A stretch of 64,000 bases of DNA from an uncultured Gemmatimonadales bacterium (lineage in GTDB: Bacteria > Gemmatimonadota > Gemmatimonadetes > Longimicrobiales > RSA9). Under the pieces are notes generated by a model. The model had not been told where the DNA came from. It saw only the letters and a program-made list of their open reading frames with translations, and did no database searches. Location: assembly GCA_963798845.1 (NCBI GenBank), contig CAWCUS010000001.1, positions 672,001-736,000 of the forward strand, given 5' to 3'. Below are positions 45,189 through 55,013 of this stretch, one piece after another. Position 1 is the first letter of the stretch. The number at the start of each line of letters is the position of its first letter. A program made the translations under genes and the position numbers.

Positions 45189-47876
45189 ATGACAGTCAAG
45201 CAGATCGCCGGCGCGCTGGCCGCGCTCCTTTTCACGGCCGGGGTCCCGGTCGGGGCGGCGGCTCAGGGTCGTGTCCGGCCACCGCCCGCTCCGACCCAGG
45301 ACACGGTGGTGGCCGCGCCGGGGCCGCGCTACGCTGCCGGCGGGCTGCATCGTCTGCTGCTGGGGGACGATTGGCGGGAGCTGTGGCGGACGCCTCTGAC
45401 GCTGCCGGTGCTGGACATCGAAACGTTCGCCGGAGGGCTGAAGCCGGAGGAGGAGGGCGGCGGCAACCAGTCGATCACGCTGCACATGGAGGACGGGAGG
45501 GGCCGGGAATGGATCTTCCGCTCCGTGGACAAGTATCCGGGCGAGAAGCTGGAGACGGGCGGTCTGGTCCGGTGGGTCGCGTCCGACCAGGTCAGCGCAC
45601 TCCATCCCGCGGGGCAGCTGGTGGTGCCCACGCTGCTCGACGCGCTCGACCTCCTCCACGTCGTGCCGACCTTTTACGTCATGCCCGATGACCCCGGTCT
45701 GGGGAAGTTCCGCGAACGCTTCGCCGGCATGATCGGCGCGCTCGAGCTGGTCCCGAACGAGGGCGAGGACGACTCGCCCGGCTTCGCGGGATCGAAGAAG
45801 ATCGCGAAGACGCGGACGCTCCTGGACCACATGCGGGAGAGTCCGCTCCACAGGGTGGACGAGCGCGAGCTGTTCCGCGCCCGTCTCCTCGACTTCATCA
45901 TCGGCGACACGGACCGTGGCACCGACCAGTGGCGCTGGGCCCGGTTCCCGGACCCGTCCCGCGCGAACGGCTACCTGTGGCGCCCGATTCCACGCGACCG
46001 AGACTGGGCGTTCGTCTCCGGCGACGGCCTGGTCGGTCCCGCCCTCGCCCTCATCTACCCGAAGCACGTCCGCTACGGGGCCGGCTACGCCGACCTCTCC
46101 GCCTACACCTTCACCTCCCACGTCATGGACCGTCGCGTCCTGACCTCCCTCACCCGCGCCGACGCGGAAGCGGAGGTGGCCCGTGTGGAGGCTGCGCTCA
46201 CCGACTCCGTGATCAAAGCCGCCGTCGCCCACCTCCCGTCGCGCTATCCGGCGTCGCATCGAGGACGGTTGATCCGGACCATGGAGGTGCGACGGGACCG
46301 GCTCCCCCGCATTGCCGAGGCTTACTACGACTGGCTCGCCGCCGCCGTCGACGTGCGCAGCACCGACCAGCCGGACCTTGCCGAGGCGGTACGGCGCGAC
46401 GACGGGAGTGTCGAGCTGAGCCTCTACCTCCGCACGGGGGCCGAGGACGCCGGCCGCGCGGCGGAGCCGTATTACCACCGTGTCTTCGACCCCGCCGACA
46501 CCCGGGAGGTGCGCGTCCACCTCCGCGCAGGAGACGACCGTGCAGTCGTACGCGGGCCTTCGGAGGACGACATCGCCCTCCGCTTCATGGGCGACGCCGG
46601 CGATGACATCCTCGTCGACTCCACGGGCGGCGACGCCGTCCACTTCTACGACGCCCGCGGCGAGAACCGGTTTCGGACGGCGCCCGAGACCACCGTCAGC
46701 ACGAAGCACTGGTATCCGCCGCCGATCCCCGAAGGCGTGCGCCTCGGCAGCGACTGGTCGCCCGACTTCGGTCAGACGCTCGGCTGGAGACCTGACGCCG
46801 ACTACGGCGAGCACGCCGGCGTGATCATCGGGTTCGGTCCACGCTGGACGAAGTACGGGTTCCGCCGCCTCCCCCACGAGTGGCAGGTGGGCGGCACAGC
46901 GCTGTTCGCCCTCGGCGACCTCCGCCCCGGCGCTCGCGCCTTCGTCGACTGGCGCCCGGAGAACTCCCTCAACTCCGTCCACGTCGACGCGCGCTGGAGC
47001 GCCTTCGACGCCATCCGCTGGTTCGGCCCCGGCAACGACAGTCGCAAGCTCGACGACGATCTGTCCCTCGTCCCCCTTCGACGCGTCACCGTTCGCCCCG
47101 ACCTCGTGCTTCGCTGGGGGACCTGGCGCGCGGAGACCGACCCGGACTCCCTCGTCATCAACGAGGCAGCCATCACCGACGAGACGCCGCCCGGGTTCCG
47201 CGCCTCCCTCGCCCTCGGTCCCCTGATCTCCTTCACCGACCCAGCACCCCGCTCACCCGGCACCGGCTCCGACGACGTCATCCCCGGCGGCGCACCCTTC
47301 GACAACGGCGACCCCATCGGCTCCGACCCCGTGTACCAGGCCGGCGCCAGCGCCCGCTTCGACATCCGTCGCACCGACCGCGACTTCGCTCCCCGCAGCG
47401 GCTACGACCTCTCCGCTACCGCGGAAGGCTTCCCCGGCATCGGCTCGGGCGGCGCTTCCGCTCACGCCGCGGCCGTCCTCCGCGCCTATCTCCCGGCCGG
47501 CCCCGTCGTCCTCGCGTCACGCGTCGGCGCCGCACGCGCGCTGGGCGACTTCACAGCCTGGAACGCCGCCGCAATCGGAGGCCGCGCCACCCTCCGCGGC
47601 CACCGCTTCATGCGTTTCGCCGGCGACGCAGCCGCCTACGGCAGCGTCGAGCTCCGCCTCCCCCTCGCCACCATCCCCTTCATCGTCCGCGGCGACCTCG
47701 GCATCCTCGGACTCGCCGATGCCGGCCGCGTCTGGGACCACGGCCACTCCCCCGGCGGCTTCCACACCGCCGTCGGCGGCGGAATCTGGTTCGCCGGAGC
47801 CGGCCAGGCCGTCTCCCTGTACTATGCCCACGGCGAGCGCGGCAGCCTCTACCTCTCCCTCGGCATGCCCTTCTGA
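45189..47876 (+). CDS. Omp85 (BamA/TamA-like) outer-membrane protein with large N-terminal kinase-like domain
   Basis: Signal peptide; C-terminal barrel with LRGHRFMRFAGD, DAGRVW, terminal Phe; N-domain GGGNQS..IFRS...DFIIGDTDR..PIPRDRD. Confidence 0.82.
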   Translation: MTVKQIAGALAALLFTAGVPVGAAAQGRVRPPPAPTQDTVVAAPGPRYAAGGLHRLLLGDDWRELWRTPLTLPVLDIETFAGGLKPEEEGGGNQSITLHMEDGRGREWIFRSVDKYPGEKLETGGLVRWVASDQVSALHPAGQLVVPTLLDALDLLHVVPTFYVMPDDPGLGKFRERFAGMIGALELVPNEGEDDSPGFAGSKKIAKTRTLLDHMRESPLHRVDERELFRARLLDFIIGDTDRGTDQWRWARFPDPSRANGYLWRPIPRDRDWAFVSGDGLVGPALALIYPKHVRYGAGYADLSAYTFTSHVMDRRVLTSLTRADAEAEVARVEAALTDSVIKAAVAHLPSRYPASHRGRLIRTMEVRRDRLPRIAEAYYDWLAAAVDVRSTDQPDLAEAVRRDDGSVELSLYLRTGAEDAGRAAEPYYHRVFDPADTREVRVHLRAGDDRAVVRGPSEDDIALRFMGDAGDDILVDSTGGDAVHFYDARGENRFRTAPETTVSTKHWYPPPIPEGVRLGSDWSPDFGQTLGWRPDADYGEHAGVIIGFGPRWTKYGFRRLPHEWQVGGTALFALGDLRPGARAFVDWRPENSLNSVHVDARWSAFDAIRWFGPGNDSRKLDDDLSLVPLRRVTVRPDLVLRWGTWRAETDPDSLVINEAAITDETPPGFRASLALGPLISFTDPAPRSPGTGSDDVIPGGAPFDNGDPIGSDPVYQAGASARFDIRRTDRDFAPRSGYDLSATAEGFPGIGSGGASAHAAAVLRAYLPAGPVVLASRVGAARALGDFTAWNAAAIGGRATLRGHRFMRFAGDAAAYGSVELRLPLATIPFIVRGDLGILGLADAGRVWDHGHSPGGFHTAVGGGIWFAGAGQAVSLYYAHGERGSLYLSLGMPF

Positions 47877-48060
47877 CCCCTCTGCGAGGGCGAAGCCCGA
47901 CCCCCTCTGCGAGGCCGAATGGCCGAGCCCCTCTGCGAGGCCGAATGGCCGAGCCCCTCTGCGAGGCCGAATGGCCGAGCCCCTCTGCGAGGGCGAAGCC
48001 CGAGCCCCTCTGCGAGGCCGAATGGCCGAGCCCCTCTGCGAGGCCGAATGGCCGAGCCCC
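47877..48060 (+). repeat. Intergenic tandem array A: 7 units of 25-26 nt (core CCCCTCTGCGA + hairpin + GAG)
   Basis: Hairpins GGGC-GAA-GCCC (units 1, 5) or GGCC-GAAT-GGCC (units 2-4, 6, 7); starts immediately after the TGA. Confidence 0.96.
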
Positions 48061-48141
48061 GTGGAACCTTTCCCGCCCCCAGTGTACTACTCCCCCGTTA
48101 TACAACGGCCGGTCAACCAGTCATATGCCGGGGGGGAAGAC

Positions 48142-48477
48142 ATGGCGGAGAACGTGATGGAGCTCGAGGACGCGCAGTTCGCCGACGAAGTCGAGACGGG
48201 CGAGGGCGTGGTGGTGGTGGATTTCTGGGCGCCGTGGTGCGCACCTTGCCGGTTGGTGGCGCCGGTGATCGAGGCGCTGGCGGCGGAATACGAGGGCCGG
48301 GTGCGGTTCGCGAAGGTCAACGTGGACGAGAGTCCGTCGGTTGCATCGCGATACGGGATCCGGTCGATCCCGACGATCGGGATCTTCAAGGACGGCGAGG
48401 CGGTGAACGGGGTTGTGGGTGCGGTGCCGAAGCAGGTGCTGATCCAGGCCATCGAGGAGGTGCTGAGCGCGAACTGA
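48142..48477 (+). CDS. trxA: Thioredoxin
   Basis: VVDFWAPWCAPC, KVNVDE, IRSIPT. Confidence 0.95.
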   Translation: MAENVMELEDAQFADEVETGEGVVVVDFWAPWCAPCRLVAPVIEALAAEYEGRVRFAKVNVDESPSVASRYGIRSIPTIGIFKDGEAVNGVVGAVPKQVLIQAIEEVLSAN

Positions 48478-48500
48478 GCGTCGGCTCGTCGACCGGAAGA

Positions 48501-48533
48501 AGAGGGGCGCCCGCAGGTCGCGGGCGCCCTTCT
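48501..48533 (+). terminator. Probable intrinsic terminator after trxA
   Basis: AGAGGGGCGCCCGC-AGGTC-GCGGGCGCCCTTCT, 14-bp stem with one G:U. Confidence 0.65.
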
Positions 48534-48558
48534 CATTGCGCGAGGACGGTGAGGCGGC

Positions 48559-48975
48559 GTGGCGAACCCGACGTTCGGGATCGAGGAGGAATACCAGCTC
48601 GTGGATCCGGGTACGGGAGGGCTGCCCAGCGGGGCCGTTCACGTGCTCCGCTCCTCGTGGACCGACGACCCGTCCTGCCGCTCGGTGATCCAGCGGCGCC
48701 TCCCGCTCACGGGACCGCCGCCGGCGCCCGCTTCCGGCGCCGAATACGAAGCGCTCGTGGAAGGCCTCATTGACGCCGGCGTGCTGCCGGACGCCCACAC
48801 CGTGTACTGGAGCGTCCGCCTCAGCCCCGTCCACCCGACCGTCGTGGGCCGCGGGAACGCGGCGGACCGGCAGCGTGAGCTCCGGTCGGGTGGCCGGGAC
48901 ATGCGGGGGCTGGTAGACTGGCTGCGGGCGGAGAGCCAGCTCGGCCTCAGCTCGGTTTCCGATGGCCCCACCTGA
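48559..48975 (+). pseudogene. Internally deleted carboxylate-amine ligase (YbdK/GCS2-like) remnant, still in frame
   Basis: N-terminal TFGIEEEYQLVDP, middle EYEALVEGL...YWSVRLSPVHPTV and C-terminal GNAADRQR..LVDWL in only 138 aa; family members are far longer. Confidence 0.72.
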
Positions 48976-49006
48976 ACACGCGCCGCGACAGCGGGTACTG
49001 CGACGA

Positions 49007-50103
49007 ATGTCGAGCGAACCGACGGGCGAAGGGTTGAGCGGAGCCGGGCGCAAGCGGTGGAACTGGCGCAGCCGCATCCACATCCTGCCCGTTCTCTCCC
49101 TCGCGCTGGGGATCGGCGTGGCCGCCGTGGTGGCGGCGCGCGCCGGCGCCAGCGTCGCCGACGTGATGCGGGCGCTCCCCGCCAACGCTCACATCCTGGC
49201 GCTCGCGGTGATGGCGGTGGAGCTCGGCGCCCGGGGCACCCGGTGGGTGCTCCTGGCCCGAGGGGTAGGCGTTCGGCTCCCCTTCAGGACGTCGATCCTG
49301 GCCCAGCTCGCGGGCGAGGCGGCCGGCGCGGTGACGCCGTCGCGCATGGGGACGGAGCCCGCCAAGATCGCCATAGCGACGCGCAACTCCATCACGGTTG
49401 CGGGCGTGAGCGCCATCCTGGCCGGCGAGCTGCTGGCGGAAGCGTCCATGCTCATGCTGACCGTGCTGGCGCTGAGCACGGTCGTGCCCGCGGGAGAGCG
49501 CCTGCCGGTGCTGGGCGTCCTGCTCTACGCGTCCCTGATGGCGACCGGGGCGCTGAGCGTGGTGCTGCTGGCCCGCGCGAGGCCCGGGCGCGAGACACCG
49601 GGCTGGTGGACCCGCCTCCACCTCTCGGAGCGACGGTGGCGCCAGCTGCGCGTCACGTCGCACCACCTCCGCTACCGCGTGAAGCGGCTCCGCCGGCTGT
49701 CGGGAACGGCCATCGCGGGCGTTCTGCTGGTCACTGCCGTCCACATCGGGGCGCGAGTGGCGGTCCTGCCGGCCATGGCCAGCACGGTCGAGACGCCCAC
49801 CTCCGTGCTCCCGCTCGTCACCTGGCCGCTCTTCTTCTTCTACGCCGGGACCCTCGTGCCCAGCCCGGGGGGGGCGGCACCATCGAGCTCGGCTTCGCCC
49901 ACATGCTCGGCGGGTTCCTCACCGCCCGCTCCATGGTCGGGCTCCTGGTCTGGTGGCGCTTCTATACCTTCTATCTCGGCGCCATGATCGGCGGGATCGC
50001 GGTGGCCGTGACCGGGCTGCGCGGTCGCGCGCGCCGGCGCCGCGCCCGGGCCCTCGCCCGTGCGCTGGAGAACGCCGAAGACCCGGCGGGCGAGCTCGCC
50101 TAG
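49007..50103 (+). pseudogene. Lysylphosphatidylglycerol-synthase-TM/UPF0104 flippase-like membrane protein, frameshifted at a G8 run
   Basis: RW..L, VTPSRMGTEP in one frame; PGGGGTIE..VWWRFYTFY in the next; adding one G at 49867-49874 fuses them. Confidence 0.78.
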
Positions 50104-50109
50104 CGCCTC

Positions 50110-50604
50110 CTAGCGGACCACCGGCGGCGCGTAGGCCTCGCCCACCGGCAGCTTCCCCGTCGCGCCCAGGATCCAGCGGAAGCAGCGGTGCGCCACGTCG
50201 ACGGGCTCCAGGAACATCATCGGGCAGCCGCCGTCGAGGAGCGCGAGCCCCCGCTCACGGGCGACCGCGACGGCATCGTCGGCAACGCTCCCGGCGCCGA
50301 ACGAGCGGTGCAGCCAGACACGGGGGATACCCCGGTCGGCGCACGCGGCGACCACCTCGGCGGCGGCGGCCGGGTGCGTCGCGACGACGACACCCTCGAC
50401 CCCGTCCGGCAGGTCGTCGATGGATCGGTAGCAGCGCTCCCCCTCCACCTCGTCGGCGTTCGGGTTTACCGGGAAGACCTCGTAGCCCTCCTTCCTCAAG
50501 CGTCGCCAGATGATGGTCGCGGCGGTGTCGCCCGAGCGGGAGACTCCGGCCACGGCCAGTCTGCGGTGGGAGAGGAACTCCGCTGCGGCCTCCTTCAGCT
50601 TCAT
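50110..50604 (-). CDS. CoA-binding protein (YccU-like)
   Basis: LAVAGVSR, YEVFPVNP, CYRSIDDLP, VWLH, GGCPMM. Confidence 0.87.
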   Translation of the reverse strand: MKLKEAAAEFLSHRRLAVAGVSRSGDTAATIIWRRLRKEGYEVFPVNPNADEVEGERCYRSIDDLPDGVEGVVVATHPAAAAEVVAACADRGIPRVWLHRSFGAGSVADDAVAVARERGLALLDGGCPMMFLEPVDVAHRCFRWILGATGKLPVGEAYAPPVVR

Positions 50605-50778
50605 CACGGCTCCTTCGCTGACGCGGATCGGGCCGGGGCTTCGCCCGGATGGTGGGCGCCCGTCGGGGGACGCCGCAAGGACGGCGATTCCGCCCTGCCG
50701 CGTCGCCGGCCTTGATCGGCGCGTGCATCGGCACGACCTTCCGCCAGCGAGCCCCATCACGCCACACCTGGAGCCATC

Positions 50779-51489
50779 ATGCGGAGCCGCACACCCGTCC
50801 TCCTCATCACCGTGGGGCTGGGCCTCGCCGGCTGCCGTCCTGCCAGCGACGCCGAGGCCGCCGAGCCCGCGGTCACAAGCGCGGCCAAGGCGCCGGGCCC
50901 CGCCGCGAAGGGCGGCGCGCCGGCGCAGGCAGCGTCCACCGTGCAGGAGCCCGAAGCCCCGGGACACCGGGTCGGGCGGGCCGATGCGCCCATCGTCGTG
51001 GTGGAGTTCAGCGACTTCGGCTGCCCGTACTGCGCGCGCTTCGCACGCACGACCTTTCCGGAGCTGCGCGACGACGTGGTGAAGAGCGGCATGGTCCGTT
51101 GGCGCTACGTCCCCGTGACGTTCGGCTTCCCGGGCGGCCGGCTCATGGCCGCTGCGGCGGAGTGCGCCGCCGAGATCGGCGGAGAGCAGGCCTTCTGGCG
51201 CATGCACGACATGCTGTACCGGAACCAGCCCCTCTTCCGGGAGGACGACGGCCCCGCCCGCCTCCTGGCGAAGGTCGACTCTCTCGGCCTCGAGCGGCGT
51301 CGGATGGAAACGTGCCTCCAGTCCCCCACCGTGGCCGGCCGGCTCCAGGCCAACAACCTGGCCGCCCAGGAGTGGCTCGTTCGCGGCACCCCCACGTTCA
51401 TCATCAACGGCGTCCCCACCAGCGGCGCCATGCCGACCGCCTTCTTCCACAAGATGTTCAGCACGCTGCTCGATCCCGGCTCGCTCTGA
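50779..51489 (+). CDS. DsbA-family thioredoxin-fold lipoprotein
   Basis: Lipobox LAGC, EFSDFGCPYC, RGTPTFIING. Confidence 0.9.
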   Translation: MRSRTPVLLITVGLGLAGCRPASDAEAAEPAVTSAAKAPGPAAKGGAPAQAASTVQEPEAPGHRVGRADAPIVVVEFSDFGCPYCARFARTTFPELRDDVVKSGMVRWRYVPVTFGFPGGRLMAAAAECAAEIGGEQAFWRMHDMLYRNQPLFREDDGPARLLAKVDSLGLERRRMETCLQSPTVAGRLQANNLAAQEWLVRGTPTFIINGVPTSGAMPTAFFHKMFSTLLDPGSL

Positions 51490-51612
51490 TCGCGCGGAGG
51501 CTGGGAGGGCGCGGCGAACACCTTTCCCGCCCCGCGTGCCCGCCCTACCTTACCCGCGCCCCTTCCCGGCGCACCCTCTCCTGTCCCATGGACTGGCAAA
51601 AGGAGATGGCAG

Positions 51613-53397
51613 GTGCACACGCCCCCCTGGCTCGAGCACTACGACGAGGGTGTGCCCCGTTCGCTCACCCCGTACCCGGACCGCACGCTGCTGGACTACA
51701 TAAGGGAGGCCGCGGAGCGAGGGCCCGACCGGCCGGCCGTACTCTTCCGCGGCGCCGCTCTGAGCAACCGCCGGCTGGAGCGGGAGAGCGACGCCCTGGC
51801 CGCGGCGCTGGTGGCGGCCGGGCTCCGGAAGGGAGATCGGGTCGCGCTGGTGTTGCCGAACTGTCCACAGTTCCTCGTCGCCGAAATCGGCATCTGGAAA
51901 GCCGGCGGCGTCGTGGCGCCGCTCAACCCGATCTACACGGAGCATGAGCTGCGCGACGCCATGGCCCAGAGCCGCCCGCGCATGGCGGTGGTGCTGACGC
52001 GCTTCTACGGCCACGTGAAGGCGCTCCAGCCGGACAGCACGCTGGAGCGCGTCATCGCCACGAACATCAAGGAGTACCTGCCGCCACTGCTGCGCGTCCT
52101 GTACACGCTCCTGCGAGAAAGGAAGGAGGGGGACCGCATCCGGCTCCAGCCGGGCGACGCCTGGCTCGGCGACCTGATCCGCGAGCACGCCGCCGCACCG
52201 CCTCCCGCCCTGAACGTCGGCCCGGACGACCCCGCGCTCCTCCTCATGAGCGGCGGGACGACGGGAACGCCCAAAGCGGCGCTCGGGCGCCACCGCTCCC
52301 TCGTCATGAGCGGCATTCAGCTGCGCACCTGGCTCCACCCGATCCTGGGCGAGTGGGACGACCTCGTCATGCTCCCGCTCCCGCTCTTCCACGTGTACGG
52401 CAACGCGGGCGTGCAGAGCTTCGCGCTCATCGGCCACAACCCCCTGGTTCTGCCGCCGAACCCGCGTGACCTGGACGATCTCATCCACTCCGTCGACCGC
52501 CTCCGCCCCACCATCTTCGCGGGCGTCCCCGCCCTTTTCTCCGCCATGCTGGAGCACCCGAAAGTGAAGGCCCGGAAGGTGGACATGAGCTCCATCGCAG
52601 GCTGTTTCTCGGGCGCTTCGCCGCTCCTGGCCGAGACCAAGCGCCGCTTCGAGGAGCTGACGGGCGGCGTCATCGTCGAGGGGTACTCGCTCACGGAATC
52701 GATGATGGCGTGCTGCGTGAACCCGGTCCGGGGCGAGAAGAAGGTGGGCTCGGTCGGGATGCCGGTGACGGACGTGGAAGTCCGCGTCGTCGATTCCGAG
52801 GACGGGGACCGCACGCTCCCGCCCGGCGAGATCGGCGAGCTGCTCCTGAGGGCGCCGCAGCTCATGGACGGCTATTGGGAGAGCCCGGCCGAGACCGAAC
52901 TCACGCTCTGCTCCCACGGCGAAGGCGGCCCATGGCTTCACACCGGGGACCTCGCCACCCTTGACGACGACGGCTATGTGCGCATCGTCGACCGGAAGAA
53001 GGACCTGATCAAGGTCAGCGGGATGCAGGTCTGGCCGCGGGAGGTCGAGGAGGTCATTGCCACCCACTCCGCCGTCGCTGACGTGGGGTGCGCCGGCGTC
53101 CCCCACCCGCGCAAGGGCGAGGTCGTGAAGGCGTGGGTGGTGCTGCGCGCGGGCGCGTCGGCGACCGAGGACGAGATCCGCGACCACTGCCGCGACACCC
53201 TGGCCCCGTTCAAGGTTCCGAAGGCCGTGGAGTTCTGGGACGAGCTCCCGCGCAACATGATGGGCAAGGTGCTCCGCCGATCGCTGCGCCAGCGAGCGGC
53301 CCACGACGCCGGCGCCGAGCCGTCGGAGGAGTTTGCCACCGCCGCGGCCGTCGTCGCGGACAGCGTTTCACCCGATTCGGAAGACGTGACACCATGA
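51613..53397 (+). CDS. fadD: Long-chain fatty acid-CoA ligase
   Basis: SGGTTGTPK, LPLFHVYG, EGYSLTE, LHTGD, DRKKDLI, GKVLRR. Confidence 0.9.
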   Translation: MHTPPWLEHYDEGVPRSLTPYPDRTLLDYIREAAERGPDRPAVLFRGAALSNRRLERESDALAAALVAAGLRKGDRVALVLPNCPQFLVAEIGIWKAGGVVAPLNPIYTEHELRDAMAQSRPRMAVVLTRFYGHVKALQPDSTLERVIATNIKEYLPPLLRVLYTLLRERKEGDRIRLQPGDAWLGDLIREHAAAPPPALNVGPDDPALLLMSGGTTGTPKAALGRHRSLVMSGIQLRTWLHPILGEWDDLVMLPLPLFHVYGNAGVQSFALIGHNPLVLPPNPRDLDDLIHSVDRLRPTIFAGVPALFSAMLEHPKVKARKVDMSSIAGCFSGASPLLAETKRRFEELTGGVIVEGYSLTESMMACCVNPVRGEKKVGSVGMPVTDVEVRVVDSEDGDRTLPPGEIGELLLRAPQLMDGYWESPAETELTLCSHGEGGPWLHTGDLATLDDDGYVRIVDRKKDLIKVSGMQVWPREVEEVIATHSAVADVGCAGVPHPRKGEVVKAWVVLRAGASATEDEIRDHCRDTLAPFKVPKAVEFWDELPRNMMGKVLRRSLRQRAAHDAGAEPSEEFATAAAVVADSVSPDSEDVTP

Positions 53398-55013
53398 GCA
53401 TCGGACGGATCGCCGCACTGCTGACGTCGGCCGTGCTGGGCGCGACAGCGTGCGCCCCGCAGCACGAGGAACCGATCACCGCCGACGGCATCATGAGCGA
53501 TGTCCTGGTCCTCTCCGCCGACAGCATGGAGGGGCGCGCCCCCGGCTCGATCGGCGAACAGCGCGCCACGGACTATGTCGCCAGCCGCTTCCAGGCCATG
53601 GGCCTCCGGCCGGCCGGCGACGACTACATCCTCCCCGTGGAGCTGGTGGGGATGACCCGCGACGCGGAGCGCTCCACGCTCGAGCTCGCCGGCCCCGGCG
53701 GCGCGCTGCCGATCCGCGACGGCGAGAACTTCACGTTCTGGTCCACCGCCGAGCAGCCCGAGGTGGATGTCCGCGACGTCCCGGTGGTCTTCGTCGGCTA
53801 CGGCGTCGAGGCGCCGGAGCACGAATGGGACGACTTCAAGGGCGAGGACGTGCGCGGGAAGATGCTCCTCTTCCTCAACGACGACCCGCAGGTCGAGGAG
53901 GACGGCGACTCCCTCTTCGGCGGCCCCGCGCGCACGTACTACGGCCGCTGGACCTACAAGTTCGAGCAGGCGCAGAAGCACGGCGCCGTCGGTGCGATCG
54001 TGGTCCACACCACCAGGTCGGCCAGCTACGGCTTCAGCGTCATCGGCAACACCGGCGACCGCCAGGTCTGGCAGCGCAGCTACCGCGTGCCGGTGCTCGC
54101 CTGGATGGACTCCACCCTGTCCGAGCAGGTGGCCCACGCCATGGGCACCGACCTGGCCGGGCTCGTCGACCGGGCCAACCACCGCGACTTCCACCCGGTG
54201 GACACTGGCTTTCGCCTCGCCGCCCACGTCCTGACCGGTATCCAGCGGGTGCAGGCCCGCAACGTGGCCGCCGTCGTGCGCGGCACCGACCCCGACCTCG
54301 CCGACCAGTACGTCGTCTTCACGGCCCACCACGACCACCTGGGCATCGCGCCCGCCGGCGACGACTCCACCGCCGACCGCATCTACAACGGGGCCGCCGA
54401 CAACGCGCTCGGCGTCTCCGCCATGCTCGCCGCCGCGCGCGCCTTCGTCGACACGCCGGCGCGCCGCTCGGTCATGTTCGTCTCCGTGACGGCCGAGGAG
54501 GGGGGGTTGCTCGGGAGCGAGGCGTTCGTCGCCGGTCCGCCGGTCCCGCTCCGCCAGATCGTCGCCAACTTCAACGTGGATTCGCCCCAGATGTTCGGGC
54601 CAACGCAGGACGTGGCCGCCATCGGCATCGACCTGAGCTCCCTCGGTGACGCCTTCGCCAGCGTCGTGGACGGCCTGGGGCTCACCCCGGTCGGCGACCC
54701 GAACCCCGCGGCCGGGAGCTTCTATCGGTCGGACCAGGTCAGCTTCGCAAAGATGGGCGTCCCGGCGCTCTACCTGCAGGCCGGTCGCGAGTACATGGAC
54801 TCACTGGCGTTCGATCCGGAGGCGTACCACGCCGGACGCTACCACCAGGTCACCGACGAGGTCTCCGACGCGTGGAACCTGACCGGGACCGAGCGCGACA
54901 TGCGCATCCTCGTCGATGCCGCTCGCCACGTCGCCGACGCCGACCAGGCGCCGCGCTGGCACCCCGGCAGCGAGTTCGAGGCGGAGTGGGAGGCGCTCTA
55001 CGGGAGCCGCTGA
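53394..55013 (+). CDS. M28 family metallopeptidase lipoprotein with PA domain
   Basis: ATAC lipobox, EGRAPG, VFVGYGV, YYGRWTYKFE, AHHDHLG, GAADNALG, AEEGGLLGS, RSDQ, YHQVTD. Confidence 0.92.
   Translation: MSIGRIAALLTSAVLGATACAPQHEEPITADGIMSDVLVLSADSMEGRAPGSIGEQRATDYVASRFQAMGLRPAGDDYILPVELVGMTRDAERSTLELAGPGGALPIRDGENFTFWSTAEQPEVDVRDVPVVFVGYGVEAPEHEWDDFKGEDVRGKMLLFLNDDPQVEEDGDSLFGGPARTYYGRWTYKFEQAQKHGAVGAIVVHTTRSASYGFSVIGNTGDRQVWQRSYRVPVLAWMDSTLSEQVAHAMGTDLAGLVDRANHRDFHPVDTGFRLAAHVLTGIQRVQARNVAAVVRGTDPDLADQYVVFTAHHDHLGIAPAGDDSTADRIYNGAADNALGVSAMLAAARAFVDTPARRSVMFVSVTAEEGGLLGSEAFVAGPPVPLRQIVANFNVDSPQMFGPTQDVAAIGIDLSSLGDAFASVVDGLGLTPVGDPNPAAGSFYRSDQVSFAKMGVPALYLQAGREYMDSLAFDPEAYHAGRYHQVTDEVSDAWNLTGTERDMRILVDAARHVADADQAPRWHPGSEFEAEWEALYGSR

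Noticed and set aside
48062..48110. ECF-sigma promoter (GGAACC...) or CCGTT-ATAC-AACGG operator before trxA
   Set aside because: The -35/-10 spacing and -10 match are unconvincing; too weak to call
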